DNA of 64,000 nt from Squalus acanthias (taxonomy: Eukaryota), in assembly GCA_030390025.1 (NCBI GenBank), contig CM059432.1:1302001-1366000 (forward strand), read 5' to 3'. The notes beneath the pieces are model-generated. The model was given only the letters and a program-made list of their open reading frames with translations. It was not told where the DNA came from and ran no database searches. Shown here piece after piece: positions 1-12,215 of this stretch. The position numbers were made by a program, and so were the translations under genes. Numbering within the stretch: the first letter of the stretch is position 1; each line of letters begins with the position of its first letter.

Positions 1-46
1 TAGGTTGGGACCCACCTCTGGAGTAATAATCGCATTGTTATTGTCG

Positions 47-661
47 CCCTTGCCTCAGCTCATCTGCTGCTGAAACCCTCATCCATGCCTTTGTTACTTC
101 TAGACTTGACTCTTCCAATGCTCTCTAGGCTGGCCTCCTATCTTCCACCCTACATAAACTTGAGCTCATCCAAAACTCTGCTGCCTGTGTCCTAACTCGC
201 ATTATCTGTTCACCCATCATCCCTGTGCTCGCTGACCTACATTGGCTCCTGGTCCAGTAACGCCTCAATTTTTAAAATTCTCATCCTTATTTTCAAATCC
301 ATGGCCTCTCCCCTCCCTTTCTCTGTTAGCTCCTCTAGCCCTACAACCTGACATATCTGCATTCCTCCAATTCTGGCCACTTGTGCATCCCCAATTTTAA
401 TTGCGTTCCATCATTGGCAGCCGTGCCTTCAGCTGCCTGGGCCCTAAGCTCTGGAATTCCCTCCCTACACCGCTCCGCCTCTCTACCTCTCCTCCTTTAA
501 GACGCTCCTTAAAACCTACCTCTTTGACCAAGCTTTTGGTCATTTGTCCTAATATCTCCTTATGTGGCTCAGCGTCAAATTTTATTTGATAATCGCTCCT
601 GTGAAGTGTCTTGGGTCGTTATAGTACATAAAAGGCGCTATAAAAATGCAATTTGTTGTTG
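47..661 (+). mobile_element. L2-type LINE 3' fragment
   Basis: Decayed ORF2 C-terminus (GSRAFSCLGPKLWNSLP) followed by tail AAAGGCGCTATAAAAATGCAA-TTGTTG. Confidence 0.8.
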
Positions 662-909
662 CATTGTGGAAATTGTTGCATGACAATGCTAAAGTTCCAC
701 GATAAATGCATCCTAAGAGACGCTGCAGAAAACTGAATATAATAAATGAGGGATTTCAGTGACCCAGAAGTGAACTGTTGAGACCAAATGAGCTTAATAT
801 CTGTAGTGGGGCAAATGCATGATGAATGCTCATTTTAAGAGCACAAGGGGCTAAGAAATAGTCGGCATGGATTTAAGACAGTAGGATTTAAGGATGTCCC
901 GCCCAATCC

Positions 910-1510
910 TAGAATGAGACAGTACAGAAGGAGGCCATTCAGCCCATCGTGCCTGTGCTGGCTCTTTGAAAGAGTTATCCAATTAGTCCCCCTCTCCTGC
1001 TCATTCCTCATAGCCCTGAAAAATTATTTCCCCTTCAAATATATATCAAAATCCCTTTTGAAAATTACTATTGCTTCTGCTTCCACCACCCTTTCAGATC
1101 ATCATAACTCGCTGCGTTAAAAAAAACTGTCCTCATCTCCTCTCTGGTTCTTTTGCCAATTAACTCTGGTTACTGACTTTCCTGACAGTGGAAACAATTT
1201 CTCCTTATTTGCTCTATCAAAATAACTTCATAATTTTGAACACCTCTATTAAATCGCTCCTTAACCTTCTCTACTCTTCAGCTTCTCTAAGTCTCTCCAC
1301 ATAACTGAAGTCCCTCATCCCTGGAACCATTCTAGTAAATCTCTTTTGCACCCTCTCTAAGGCCTTGACATCCTTCCTAAAGTGTGGTGCCCAGAATTAG
1401 ACCCAATACTCCAGCTGAAGCCTAACCAATGATTTATAAAAGTTAAGCATAACTTCCTTGCTTTTGTACTCTTACGCCTCTATTTATAAAGCCAAGGATC
1501 TCGTATGCTC
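910..1510 (-). mobile_element. CR1 LINE 3' fragment
   Basis: Reverse-complement CR1 tail (GAAGGAGGCCATTCAGCCCATCG) and degenerate ORF2 C-terminus. Confidence 0.75.
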
Positions 1511-1894
1511 CAGCATGAACAGGTAAACCCAGGCCTTTGGAGTACTTGACTAGACTGTGGAGGGATTTTAACTGCCAGCGGGTTTCCAGCGGAAAACCGC
1601 GTGGTCCAGTCAGATTCTCGCCCGCCCGCGGCAGATTTAGGCTACACAATTTTACCCGTTGGGCCTCATTGACATGCCATTGGCCGAATGCCTGCACGGA
1701 ACAGGCGGGAAGTAGTGAGAAGCAGCTTCTTCAACTTGTGCAGTTGATCAACAAATGAGGTAAGCTGAAAGAAAAGGCTTACATGCAAGGAAAAGTGGAA
1801 ATCCAGCAGACAGACAGCTGTAAAAAACAACACAGAAAGCAATGAGAGATGCAAAAGAGGATTATGAAAAAACAGGTACGAGGGATCCTAAATA

Positions 1895-3431
1895 TAAGTC
1901 AAGGGGAGGAGAATTTAGTGGAGTAAAAAAAAAGGTAATGGAGAAAATAATGGGACTTCAGGTTTTCACCCCAGAGTATTGAATGAAATGAAGAAATTGA
2001 AGATACATTAGTCATAATTTTACAAAGCTCTTTTGATTCAGGAATTGTATGTTTGGATGGGAAAATTGCAAATGTCACTCCATTATTTAAAAAGGGAGGG
2101 AGAGAGAAACCAGGTAACTTCAAACATGTCAGTTTAACATCACTTGTGGGGAAGTTATCATCAGAGACAGAGTAACTGAGCACTTGGACAACTATGAGCT
2201 GATTAAAGAGAGTCAGCATCGATTTGGAAAGGGTAGGCCATGTATGACTAATTTCTGAGCCGGCCGCTTACATGGTGGCGAGGGGAGTGTCTATGGATGT
2301 TGTCTATAAGGACTTTCAGAAGTCATTCAATAAGGTTCCGCACAAGAGATCATTAGCAAAAATGAAAGTGCACATTACTGGAAGTAACCTTGTGACATGA
2401 GTTGGTAAATGGTTGGGAGGTGGGAGACAGAGTTGGGATAAAGGGAATGATCTCTGATTGGCAGGATGTGACAAGTGGTGTTCCCCAGGGATCTGAAATG
2501 GTGTCTCAGCTTTTCACCACATATAGTAATGACTTGGATGAATGAATAGAGAGTTGTATATCCAGTTTGCAGATGACTCTAAGTTAGGAGGTACAGTAAG
2601 TTGTGTAGATTGGAGCAGGAAGTTACGAAGGGACATAGACAGACTAAGTGAGTGGGAAAAGCGATGGCAGATGGAATTCAATGTGGGGAAACATGAGGTT
2701 ATCCAATATTGATCTGAGAAAGACAATTTGGAATTTCTTTTACAGGCGAGAGACTCGGAGCTTTGGTGGAGGAAAGGTATTTAAGTGTCCCATGTACACA
2801 AATCACTAAAACCTAGTGCACATGTACAAAAAGTAATCAATAAGGCTAATGGAATGTTAGCTTTTTTCACAAGGGGATTGGAATACAAAAGTGATGAAAT
2901 GATGCTTCAGTTGTACAGAGCTTTGGTCAGACTCCATCTGGAGTAACTGCGTTCAATTTTAGGCACTGCACCTCAGGAAAGATGTATTGGCCTTGGAGGG
3001 GGTGCAGCGCAAATTCACCAGCACGATACTAAGACTTGAAGGGTTAAATTATGAGGTTGCAAAAACTGGAGTTTAGAAGGATGAGGGGTGATCTGATTGA
3101 GGTGTTTAAAATGATAAAAGGATTTTGAAGGATACCCAAAAAATATTTCCTCGTGGGAAATCCAGAACAAGAGGGCATAATCTTAATATTAGAGCTAAGC
3201 CATTTAAGAGTGAAATCAGGAAGCCCTTTCTCACACGAAGGGTAGTGGAAATCTGGAACTCTCTTCCCCCAAAAGGCTGTGGACACTGTGGGGGTAATTT
3301 GCAATTTTCAAGAGTGAGATTGATAGATTTTTGTTTGGTAAAAATATCAAGGGTTATGGAGAAAATGTAGGTAAATGATGTTGAGGTACAGATCAGCCAT
3401 CATCTAATTGAATGGCGGAATAGGCTCAAGA
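1895..3431 (+). mobile_element. Old decayed CR1 (RT to 3' end); tail resumes at ~5558-5592
   Basis: Frameshifted RT motifs (DFQK, FADD, TRGH, RVVEIWNSLP); tail interrupted by a younger CR1. Confidence 0.8.
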
Positions 3432-5557
3432 GTTACTTAAAGGGTTGACGGTGAATAGGCAATGGCAAACATTTCAAGATCGCATGGATGAACTACAGAA
3501 TTTGTTCATCCCTGTTTGGCATAAAAATAAAACAAAAAAGGTGACTCAACCAAGGGAAATTAGGGATAGCATAAGATCCAAGGAGAGGACATATAAATTG
3601 GCCAGAAAAAGCAACAAACCTGAGGATTGGGAGCAGTTTAGGATTCAGCAAAGGAGGACAAAGGGATTAATTAAGAGGGGGAAAATATAGTATGAGAGTA
3701 AGCTTGCAGGGAACATAAAAACTGACTGTAAAAGCTTCTATAGATACGTGAAGAGAAAAATATTGGTGAAGTCAAGCGTAGGTCCCTTGCAGTCAGAATC
3801 AGGGGAATTTATAATGGGGAACAAAGAAATGGCAGGCCAATTAAATACATACTTTGGTTCTGTCTTCACAAAGGAGGACACACATAAACTCCCAGAGATG
3901 TCGGGGAACATAGGGTCTAATGAGAGGGAGGAACTGAATGAAATCAGTATTTGTAGGGAAATGGTGTTAGGAAAATTGACGGGATTGAAGGCCAATAAAT
4001 CCCCAGGGCCTGACATCCTAGGATACTTAAGGAAGTGGCCCTAGAAATAGTAGATGCATTGCTGGTCATCTTCTAAAATTCTATAGATTCTGGAACAGTT
4101 CCCATGGATTGGAGGGTAGCTAATGTAACCTCACTATTTAAAAAAGGTGGGAGAGAGAAAACGGGGAATTATAGACCGGTAAGCCTGACATCGGTAGTGG
4201 GGAAAATGCTAGAGTCCATTATAAAAGATGTAATAGCAGAGCACTTGGAAAACAGTGACAGGATCGGACAAAGTCAACATGGATTTACAAAAGGTAAATC
4301 ATGCTTGACTAATCTACTGGAATTTTTTGAGGATGTAACTGGTAGAATAGATAAGGGAGAGCCAGTGGATGTGGTGTATTTGGACTTTCAGAAGGCTTTC
4401 GATAAGGTCCCGCATAAGAGATTAGCGTGCAAAGTTAATGGATATGGGATTGGGGGTAAGGTACTGAATTGGATATAGAACTGGTTGGCAGACAGGAATC
4501 AAAGAGTTGGAATAAACGGGTCTTTTTCCGAGTGGCAGGCAGTGACTAGTGGGGTACCGCAGGGATCGGTGCTAGGACCCCAGTTATTCACAATATATAT
4601 TAATGATCTAGACGAGGGAACTAGATGTAATATCTCCAAGTTTGCAGACGACATAAGGCTGGGTGGGCGTGTGTGCTGTGAGGAGGATGCAGAGAAACTC
4701 CAGTATGATTTGGACAGGTTGGGTGATTGGGCAGATGCAGTGTAATGTGGATAAATTCGAGGTTATCCACTTTGGTGGCAAAAACAGGAAGGCAGATTAT
4801 TATCTGAACGGCAATAGATTGGGAAAAGGGGAAGTGCAACGAGACCTGGGTGTCCTTGTGCACCAGTCGCTGAAGGTAAGCATGCAGGTGCAGCAGGCAG
4901 TTAAGAAGGCAAATGGTATGTTGGCCTTCATAGCAAGAGAATTCGAGTACAGGAGCAAGGATGTCTTGCTGCAGTTGTACAGGGCCTTGGTGAGACCACA
5001 GCTTGAGTACTGTGTGCAGTTTTGGTCGCCTTATCTGAGGATGTTCTTGCCATGGAGGGAGTGCAGCGAAGATTCACCAGACTGATACCTGGGATGGCAG
5101 GAATGATGTATGAAGAGAGATTGGGTCGATTAGGCTTATATTCGTTAGAGTTTAGAAGAATGAGAGGGGATCTCATTGAAACTTATAAAATTCTAACAGG
5201 ACTAGACAGACTAGATGCAGGAAGGCTGTTCCCGATGGCGGGGGTGTCGAGAACCAGGTGTCACAGTCTAAGGATAAGGGGCAAACCATTTAGGACTGAG
5301 ATGAGGAGGAATTTCTTCACCCAGAGAGTGGTGAACCTGTGAAATTCTCTACCACAGAAGGCAGTTGAGGCCAATTCATTAAATATATTCAGGAAGGAGT
5401 TAGATATATTTCTTAAGGCTAAAGGGATCAAGGGATATGGGGAGAAAGCAGGGACAGGGTACTGAATTTGGATGATCAGCCATGATCTCATTAAATGGCG
5501 GAACAGGCTCGAGGGGCCGAATGGCCTACTCCTGCTCCAATCTTCTATGTTTCTATG
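3432..5557 (+). mobile_element. 5'-truncated CR1 ORF2, frameshifted
   Basis: NYRPVSLTS, YLDFQKAFDKVPH, GVPQGSVLGP, FADD; CTATGTTTCTATG tail; close relative of 50290-53275. Confidence 0.93.
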
Positions 5558-5771
5558 AGAGGCTGAATGGCCTCCTCCTGTTCTTATGTTCCCGTAATTC
5601 CCCTGATGACCACTTTGGTACAGGCGTGTGCTTAAATGTAGTGCTCCTCTGCTGCTGTTCGGGCAACTCTTAGGGTCGATATCCATGAGAGGAGAGGGGT
5701 ACATTTTGTCACCCACACGCCATTCGTTAACACGATTTTCTTCCTTGAAAGGTGTGGTAGTTTTTGTTTAC

Positions 5772-6232
5772 GGGTATGGTAGTGTGGTTATGTTACTAGA
5801 CTAGTAATCTGGAGACGTGGGTTCAAATCCCTCCCTGGCAGTTTGAGAGTTTGAATTCTGTTTAATAAAAAAGCTGGTACAAGTGAAAGTGACCATGAAG
5901 CTGTCGGACTGTGGTAAGAACCCAACTGGCTCACTAATGTACTTTAGGGAAGGAAACCTGCTGTCGTTACCCGGTCTGGCCTATATGTGACTCCAGTCCC
6001 ACACCAACGTAGTTAACTCTTCATTGCCGTCTGAAGTGGCCAGCAAGCCCACTCAATTGTATCTAACCACTGCGAAGAATACTCCTCTGTACCAGCATTA
6101 TGGAAGCACCTTGATCACGCGGACTGCTGCGGTGTAAGAAGAAGGCCCACGCCACCTTCCTTGGTCAGTTAGGGGTGGGCAGTAAATGCCGGCCTTGTCA
6201 GCGACGCCCACATCCTGAGAATCGATTAAAAA
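5772..6232 (+). mobile_element. tRNA-derived SINE sharing its 3' tail with LINE family B
   Basis: A-box-like TAGTGTGGTT, B-box GGTTCAAATCC; same body as 63528-63895; tail matches 17375-17477. Confidence 0.75.
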
Positions 6233-6347
6233 AGGAGCTCACAGAGGGATGAATTCCAAAAGCCGAAAGTAACTTGCAGCAAAACTTACATTGACGTGCA
6301 GGAATCTTGCACGTTGTCACACACAATCTGTACATTCTGGCAGTACA

Positions 6348-7630
6348 GATCACGGGATTGGGGGTAATATTCTGGCATGGATAGAGGATTGGCTATCTAA
6401 CAGAAAGCAAAGAGTTGGGATAAATGGTTCATTCTCAGACTGGCAATCAGTAACTAGTGGTGTTCCACAGGGGTCAGTGCTGGGTCCCCAACTCTTTACA
6501 ATCTATATTAACGATTTGGAGGAAGGGACCAAGTGTAACATATCAAAATTTGCAGATGATACAAAGATGGGAGGGAAAGTAGTGAGTGAGGAGGACATAA
6601 AAAACCTGCAAGGGGACATAGACAGGCTAAGTAAGTGGGCAGAGATTTGGCAGATGGAATACAACACTGGAAAGTGTGAGGTGATGCACTTTGGCAGGAA
6701 AAATCCTAGAGCAATTTATTATCTTAATGGCAAGAAACTGGAGAGTACTGAAGTGCAAAGGGATCTGGGGGTCCTGGTGCACGAAACTCAAAAGGTTAGT
6801 ATGCAGGTGCAGCAAGTGATTAAGAAGGCAAATGAAATGTTGGCTTTCATTGCTAGGGGGATAGAATATAAAAATAGGGAGGTATTGCTTCAGTTGTACA
6901 AGGTATTGGTGAGACCGCACCTGGAATACTGCATACAGTTTTGGTGTCCTTACTTAAGGAAAGACATCCTTGCTCTCGAGGCAGTGCAAAAAAGGTTCAC
7001 TCGGTTAATCCCGGGGATGAGGGGGTGGTCATATGAGGAGAGGTTGGGTAGATTGGGACTCTACTCATTGGAGTTCAGAAGAATGAGAGGCGATCTTATT
7101 GAAACATATAAGATTGTGAAGGGGTTGGATCGGGTGGATGCGGGGAGGATGTTCCCGATGACGGGTGAGACTAGAACTAGGGGACATAGTCTTAGAATAA
7201 GGGGCTGCTCTTTCAAAACTGAGATGAGGAGGAACTACTTCACTCAGAGGGTGGTAGGTCCATGGAATATGCTGCCACAAAAAGCTGTAGAAGCTACATC
7301 ATTAAATAAATTTAAAACAGAAATAGACAGTTTCCTAGAAGTAAAGGGCATTAAGGGTTACGGGGAGCGGGCAGGAATTTGGACATGAGTCTAGGTTCAG
7401 ATCGGTCATGGCCCTGTGGGTAGTGGAGCGGGCCCAGGGACCGTGTAGCCTGATTCTGCTCCTATTTCGTGTGTGCAATTCTGTTAGATGCAGGAGATGG
7501 TTCTGTGATAGATAGTAGATTGGCGGTTAGGATCAGATCAGCCATGATCTTATTGAATGGCGGAGCAGGCTCGAGGGGCCGATTGGCCTACTCCTGCTCC
7601 TATTTCTTATGTTCTTATGTTCTTATGTTC
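6348..7630 (+). mobile_element. 5'-truncated young CR1, near-identical to the intact element at 27904-32601
   Basis: Uninterrupted ORF2 C-terminus to stop at 7388; two visible amino-acid differences from 28137-31088; (TTCTTATG)n tail. Confidence 0.95.
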
Positions 7631-8129
7631 TCTTGAGGATGTTGAGGGGGATGACTGTAGGAGCTTCCAAAACATTTACTGCTCTCTTGATCTTGGGAAA
7701 GCCATAAACCCCATAAAACTGGATGGCCCTAACTTGATGCTCCTGTGCTTTTATGCCAATCTGGTCCTCATGCAGTAGCTGAAAGCTCCCCTGGTGCCTT
7801 TTTGGTGAAATGCATTTTTCTAATAGTCATCTCCGCACTAAAGGTCCAAATAGAGTTGCCTGAATATTCTTCAGGGAGGGAGGTAATAGCTGGTGGGGCA
7901 CATCCTTAGACATGCTGCTTCACTCTCCATCCTCTCCTGTTTTTACTTGTCTCTCTCTTCCATGATAATGGCATACAATAGCTAATCCCAAGAACCTCTC
8001 ACTAGGGGTAGGGGGGAGGGTTAAAGTCTCATGGTGTTTTCAGCCCCACAGGCAGTCAGAAGCAAGTGCAAGGCTGTGCAGACTGAATGCGAAAAAAAGA
8101 TTGCATCAAAATTGTGTTCAAAATTGAAA

Positions 8130-8350
8130 GGCACCGACTCCATCCATCCCTCTCCCTGGCAACTGTCTGAGGCTGTACCAGACCTTCCGCAACCTTGGTG
8201 TCGTATTTGACACCGAGTTGAGCTTCCGACCACATATCTGCTGCTCCATCACCAAGACCGCCTACTTCCACCTCTGTAACATTGACTGACTCTGCCCCGC
8301 ATCTGCTGCTGAAACTATGTTAAAGGCGCTGTATAAATGCAAGTCGTTGT
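8130..8350 (+). mobile_element. L2 fragments
   Basis: Decayed RNLGVVFD motif and AAAGGCGCTGTATAAATGCAAG tail. Confidence 0.6.
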
Positions 8351-8574
8351 CACCATTGAGGGGCAAAAGACAATCTTTTCGATAACACGATTTAAACCAA
8401 TTCTGTCTACATTACTGTTTTGTCTTTGTTAGAAATAAAAGTAATGTAAAAACATATTCTTACAAGCTGCACCTTGTATTTTGTATTCTAACTTACCCCG
8501 CATTGCAAGCATAATACCAGGAAATTCAGGGCTACAGTGCCAACTGGTCCTATTCTAATGTACGTTAAATAGGT

Positions 8575-8672
8575 AATAAAAACAGAAAATGCTGGGAAGA
8601 CTCAGGAGGTCAGGCAGCATCTGTGGAGAGAGAAACAGAGTTAACGTTTCAGGTCGATGACCTTTCGTCAGA
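8575..8672 (-). mobile_element. Penelope-like terminal-repeat mini-insertion
   Basis: Matches 10045-10143 in reverse; flanked by direct repeat ACGTTAAATAGGT (8562-8574, 8673-8685). Confidence 0.8.
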
Positions 8673-8674
8673 AC
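8639..8674 (-). ncRNA. Minimal type I hammerhead ribozyme
   Basis: Minus strand GUU-CUGACGA-A-AGGUC-AUC-GACCU-GAAA-CG-UU-AAC: intact core, stem II, palindromic stem III. Confidence 0.7.
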
Positions 8675-8869
8675 GTTAAATAGGTGGCTGGGAACTCGGC
8701 AGGATGTTCACATGAAGCGTTAAAATTATCGGAAATATGGGGGGGTGGGGGACATTTTTGGGGAGGAATACCAATTCTGACGGGCAAAGTACTTGCTGTG
8801 GATTGTTGGGGGCCAGTGTATGGTGTATATCTTACACTTCCTAATGAAGTGCTCCTTCATAAGTGTTCG

Positions 8870-9245
8870 TAGCCTACTTCCGCTCTGTAATATCGCTAAT
8901 CTCCGCCCCTGCATCAGCTCATCTGCTGCTGACACCCTCATCCATGCCTTTGTTACCTCTCGACTGAACTATTCCAATGCTCTCCTGGCCGGCCTCCCAC
9001 CTAGCACCCTCCGTAAACTTGAGGTCATCCAAAGTTCTGCTGCCCATATCCTAACTTGCATCAAGTCCCGTTCACCCATCACCCCTGTGCTTGCTGACCT
9101 ACATTTGCTCCAGGTCTGGCAATGCCTTGATTTTAAAATTCTCATCTTTGTTATCAAATCCTCCATGGCCTCGCCCCCCCCCCCCATCTCTGTAACCTCC
9201 TCCAGCCCTACAACCCTCCGAGATCTCTGCGCTCCTCCAATTCTT
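8870..9245 (+). mobile_element. L2 ORF2 C-terminal fragment
   Basis: LIHAFVTSRLNYSNALLAGLP...SPITPVLADLH. Confidence 0.85.
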
Positions 9246-9656
9246 CTCCCGGGCCAATTAGGCTGCTCAATGGCTGGTACAAATCAATGACCCATACTTA
9301 CAATTTAAGCAGCCTTCGCCTGTTTCAGGTGGGCAGAACGCTTGCCTATTTACAGGCCTGCCTGAAAATTGCATCAGACAGGCCGTGGGCGTCACTGGGG
9401 CGACCAAGGTGCCCCCTCTTCCCCCACCCCCCTCCCGATTGCTGCCCATTTATTTATCCAGGCAAGGAATGGTCAGCCAGCAGTAATAAATCGCCCCTCA
9501 TATCACTGAAGTTTTCTCCTCATCTCCACCAGTCCTCTCCAGGCTCATCTCCTCCAAGAGGCCTATTTGCTGTTTTCTTGACCCCTTCCCTGGCCAACTC
9601 CTGAACAGTTAAGTACCTCTCCTTGCTACAGTGCTCACTGACATCATAAATGGCTC

Positions 9657-10143
9657 GAGGAACAGCACCTCATCTTTCGTTTAGGCATGCTACAGCCCTC
9701 TGGACTCAACATAGAGTTCAACAATTTCAGATCATAACCACGGCCCCTATCACATATATATATATATATATTATTTTTTCATCCACCCTTTTGTTTGGCC
9801 CCCTTTTTTTTCTTCCCTCCCTGAAGCTGGCAGCTGTCCTTCATTCCGCCAGCGCATTTCACACTTCATCTAGCCTCAACCTGTCACATTACCACCTCCT
9901 CTCGCCTTGAATATCTCTTAATGTCTCTTAATCTCTCCTGCCTTCTATACTACCACTGATCTTCCCCTTTGTTCTTTCATCCCCTCCCCCTTTTCCCAGC
10001 ATTATACTTGCTTTAAATCTATTTCATTTCCTGCTTTTTTCCAGTTCTGACAAAGGGTCTTCGACCTGAAACGTTAACTCTGTTTCTCTCTCCACGGATG
10101 CTGCCTAGCCTGCTGAGTTTTTCCAGCGTTTTCTGTTGTTATT
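9657..10143 (+). mobile_element. Penelope-like element 3' fragment
   Basis: Encodes EEQHLIFRLGMLQPSGLNIEFNNFRS* (GIY-YIG C-terminus), then pyrimidine-rich UTR and hammerhead-bearing terminal repeat; flanked by TCATAAATGGCTC direct repeat. Confidence 0.82.
10043..10079 (+). ncRNA. Minimal hammerhead ribozyme with core mutation
   Basis: AGTT-CTGACAA-AGGGTCTTCGACCT-GAAA-CGTT-AACT; CUGANGA core reads CUGACAA. Confidence 0.6.
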
Positions 10144-10836
10144 TCATAAATGGCTCTCTTTTGCTCAGGCACCATTCCACTCACCATCAGAGCTGTCTTT
10201 ATTATCTCTTTCCGTGGCTATCTATTCAGGTTGAACAGACAATGCATGACTTGAGTGTCCTGAGCTGTGCTTGAAACCCAATAATTTATCCATTACTAAA
10301 AGCACATACCTCTGTATACACAACACTTCTTGTCTCTACTCTTACTTCACTCACTCTGCTGCTGAAACTCTTATCCATGGTTTTGTTACGTGGACTTCCC
10401 AGTGTCCCCCTCATTAGTCAAGCTTAACCCAACACAAACTCCATTCATGCAAATCTCTGCCATCTGCATCCTATCCCAAACTAAGTCCTGCCTCGCCCCA
10501 TTGCTCATGTTTTAGCTGACCCCCAAACCATGGCCTTGCCATATCCTTCTCTGCAACCTACTGCAGCCCTATATCCCAGCCCCATCCATCTGTGCTCCAG
10601 CTGTGCATCCTCCTGTCCTAACGCTTCTCACATAGTGGCAAATCTACCATCTTGTCTCTGCATTTTTAGCTGTGCATTTGGGTCAATTCTCATCATTCTT
10701 CTGCTAGTGCTTGGTTCATCTGTCTCCTATTTGAAGCACTTAGAATGTTACATTGAAGTTACTGTACAAATATAAGTTATTGTTTTGTACCCATTTTAGA
10801 TTCCATTCATGTTGTAGTCTTTGTTTTCTAATGTAG

Positions 10837-11669
10837 GTGTTCAGGAGCCTGAAAAGACTGAAGATGGTGCTAGCTGCCCAGTGCTTTCCCCAAGTAAAGA
10901 GGACACCTCAGCAGCTTCCCCCACAGAGGAGAAGACACCAGAGCCAGCTTGCCCTGCGGACGATAGTTCTTCAAAAACAGCAGAGGCTGCAGAGGCTGAT
11001 TCCGCAGAAGAGGAGAAGACAACAGAGGCAGGTGCTAGTTGCCCGATGGAAGAAAGTTCTTCAAAGACTGAAGAGTCTTCAAAGACTGAAGAGGCTGCAA
11101 AGTCTGATGCCACAGAAGAGGAGAAGGCAGCAGAGTCAGGTGCAGCTTGCCCTATGGAAGAAAGTTCTTCAAAATCAGAAGACACTGCAACGACTCCAAA
11201 ATCCAGCAAAACCGACGTGAAAGATAAAACCAGTGACCAGCAGTTGCCTTCCATTGTTGATAAGGGATTTAAAAAGGTAAATGGCAGAATTGATGAATTG
11301 GGAACCAAGATGGATGGTCTGTTAGACAGCATTAAATCTCTTGCTGATGTTATGACCAAGGAGCAAGGAGAGGATGAGAAGCGAGAAGCAAAGCCTGCTA
11401 AAGAAGAACCAAAAGCAGCGACACCAAAAGCAGCAACACCAAAAGCAGCAACACCAAAAGCAGCGACACCAGAAGCAAAGACACCAGAAGCAACGACACC
11501 TGAAGCAAAGACACCAGAAGCAAAGACACCAGGGGAAAAATCACCAGAAGCAAAAACACCAGGGGAAAAATCACCTGAAGCACCGACACCAGGAGCAACA
11601 ACACCAGAACCAAAATCACCAGAACCAGAACCACAAACGGAAGCAGAAGCAGAAACCAAAGCAGAATAA
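10837..11669 (+). CDS. Terminal coding exon of an acidic E/K/A/T/P-rich repeat protein (possible CABYR-like C-terminus)
   Basis: Acceptor TTTGTTTTCTAATGTAG, phase 1; ~277 open codons; no transposon motifs; stop at 11669; AATAAA at 11826. Confidence 0.8.
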
Positions 11670-11825
11670 ATGACAGAACCAGGACTTTTCTACCCTCTTC
11701 TGACCTGTGTGGAAAGACAGTGTAGGGTATGTCTTCTTAAGTAAAACACTCTAAGAAAAAGCTGAAGACAGTAGTTATGTTAGTGAACCCTGGTACTTTA
11801 AAAAAAAACTTGTAAGAATGTGTGC

Positions 11826-11870
11826 AATAAAGATCTTATTGCCAATTAGTTCTGCCTTCTGGTTCTTGTT
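11826..11870 (+). terminator. Polyadenylation signal with downstream U/GU-rich element
   Basis: AATAAA 11826-11831 followed by TTCTGCCTTCTGGTTCTTGTT. Confidence 0.65.
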
Positions 11871-12049
11871 CATTAATCTATTTGGAAATGTCCTAGTTAC
11901 TGCTTCCCACTAATTGCAAGGTAATACATTTAATCCCTGCTTAAATCCTTGCAAAGATTGTGCATATTTTGATGTTTCTTCCCCTGCTCCCGTTTGTAAA
12001 AATTGACTTGTTGGTCCTATTTTCCGAACTTATTAAGCCACATATTATG

Positions 12050-12215
12050 AGCATTTAAAGGGAAGCTAGATATGCACATGAGGGAGAAAGGAATAGAGGA
12101 TATGTTGATAGGGCGAGATGAAGTAGGGTGGGAGGAGGCTCGTGTGGAGCATAAACGCCGGCATGGACTGGATGGGCCGAGAGTGGCCTGTTTCTGTGCT
12201 GTAAATTCTATGTAA
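12050..12215 (+). mobile_element. CR1 3' tail fragment
   Basis: FKGKLDMHM end of ORF2; GGGCCGA..TGGCCTGTTTCTGTGCTG tail. Confidence 0.7.

Noticed and set aside
10841..11659. 272-aa antisense ORF and alternative-frame ORFs
   Set aside because: Shadows of the repetitive plus-strand exon, which has the splice and polyA signals
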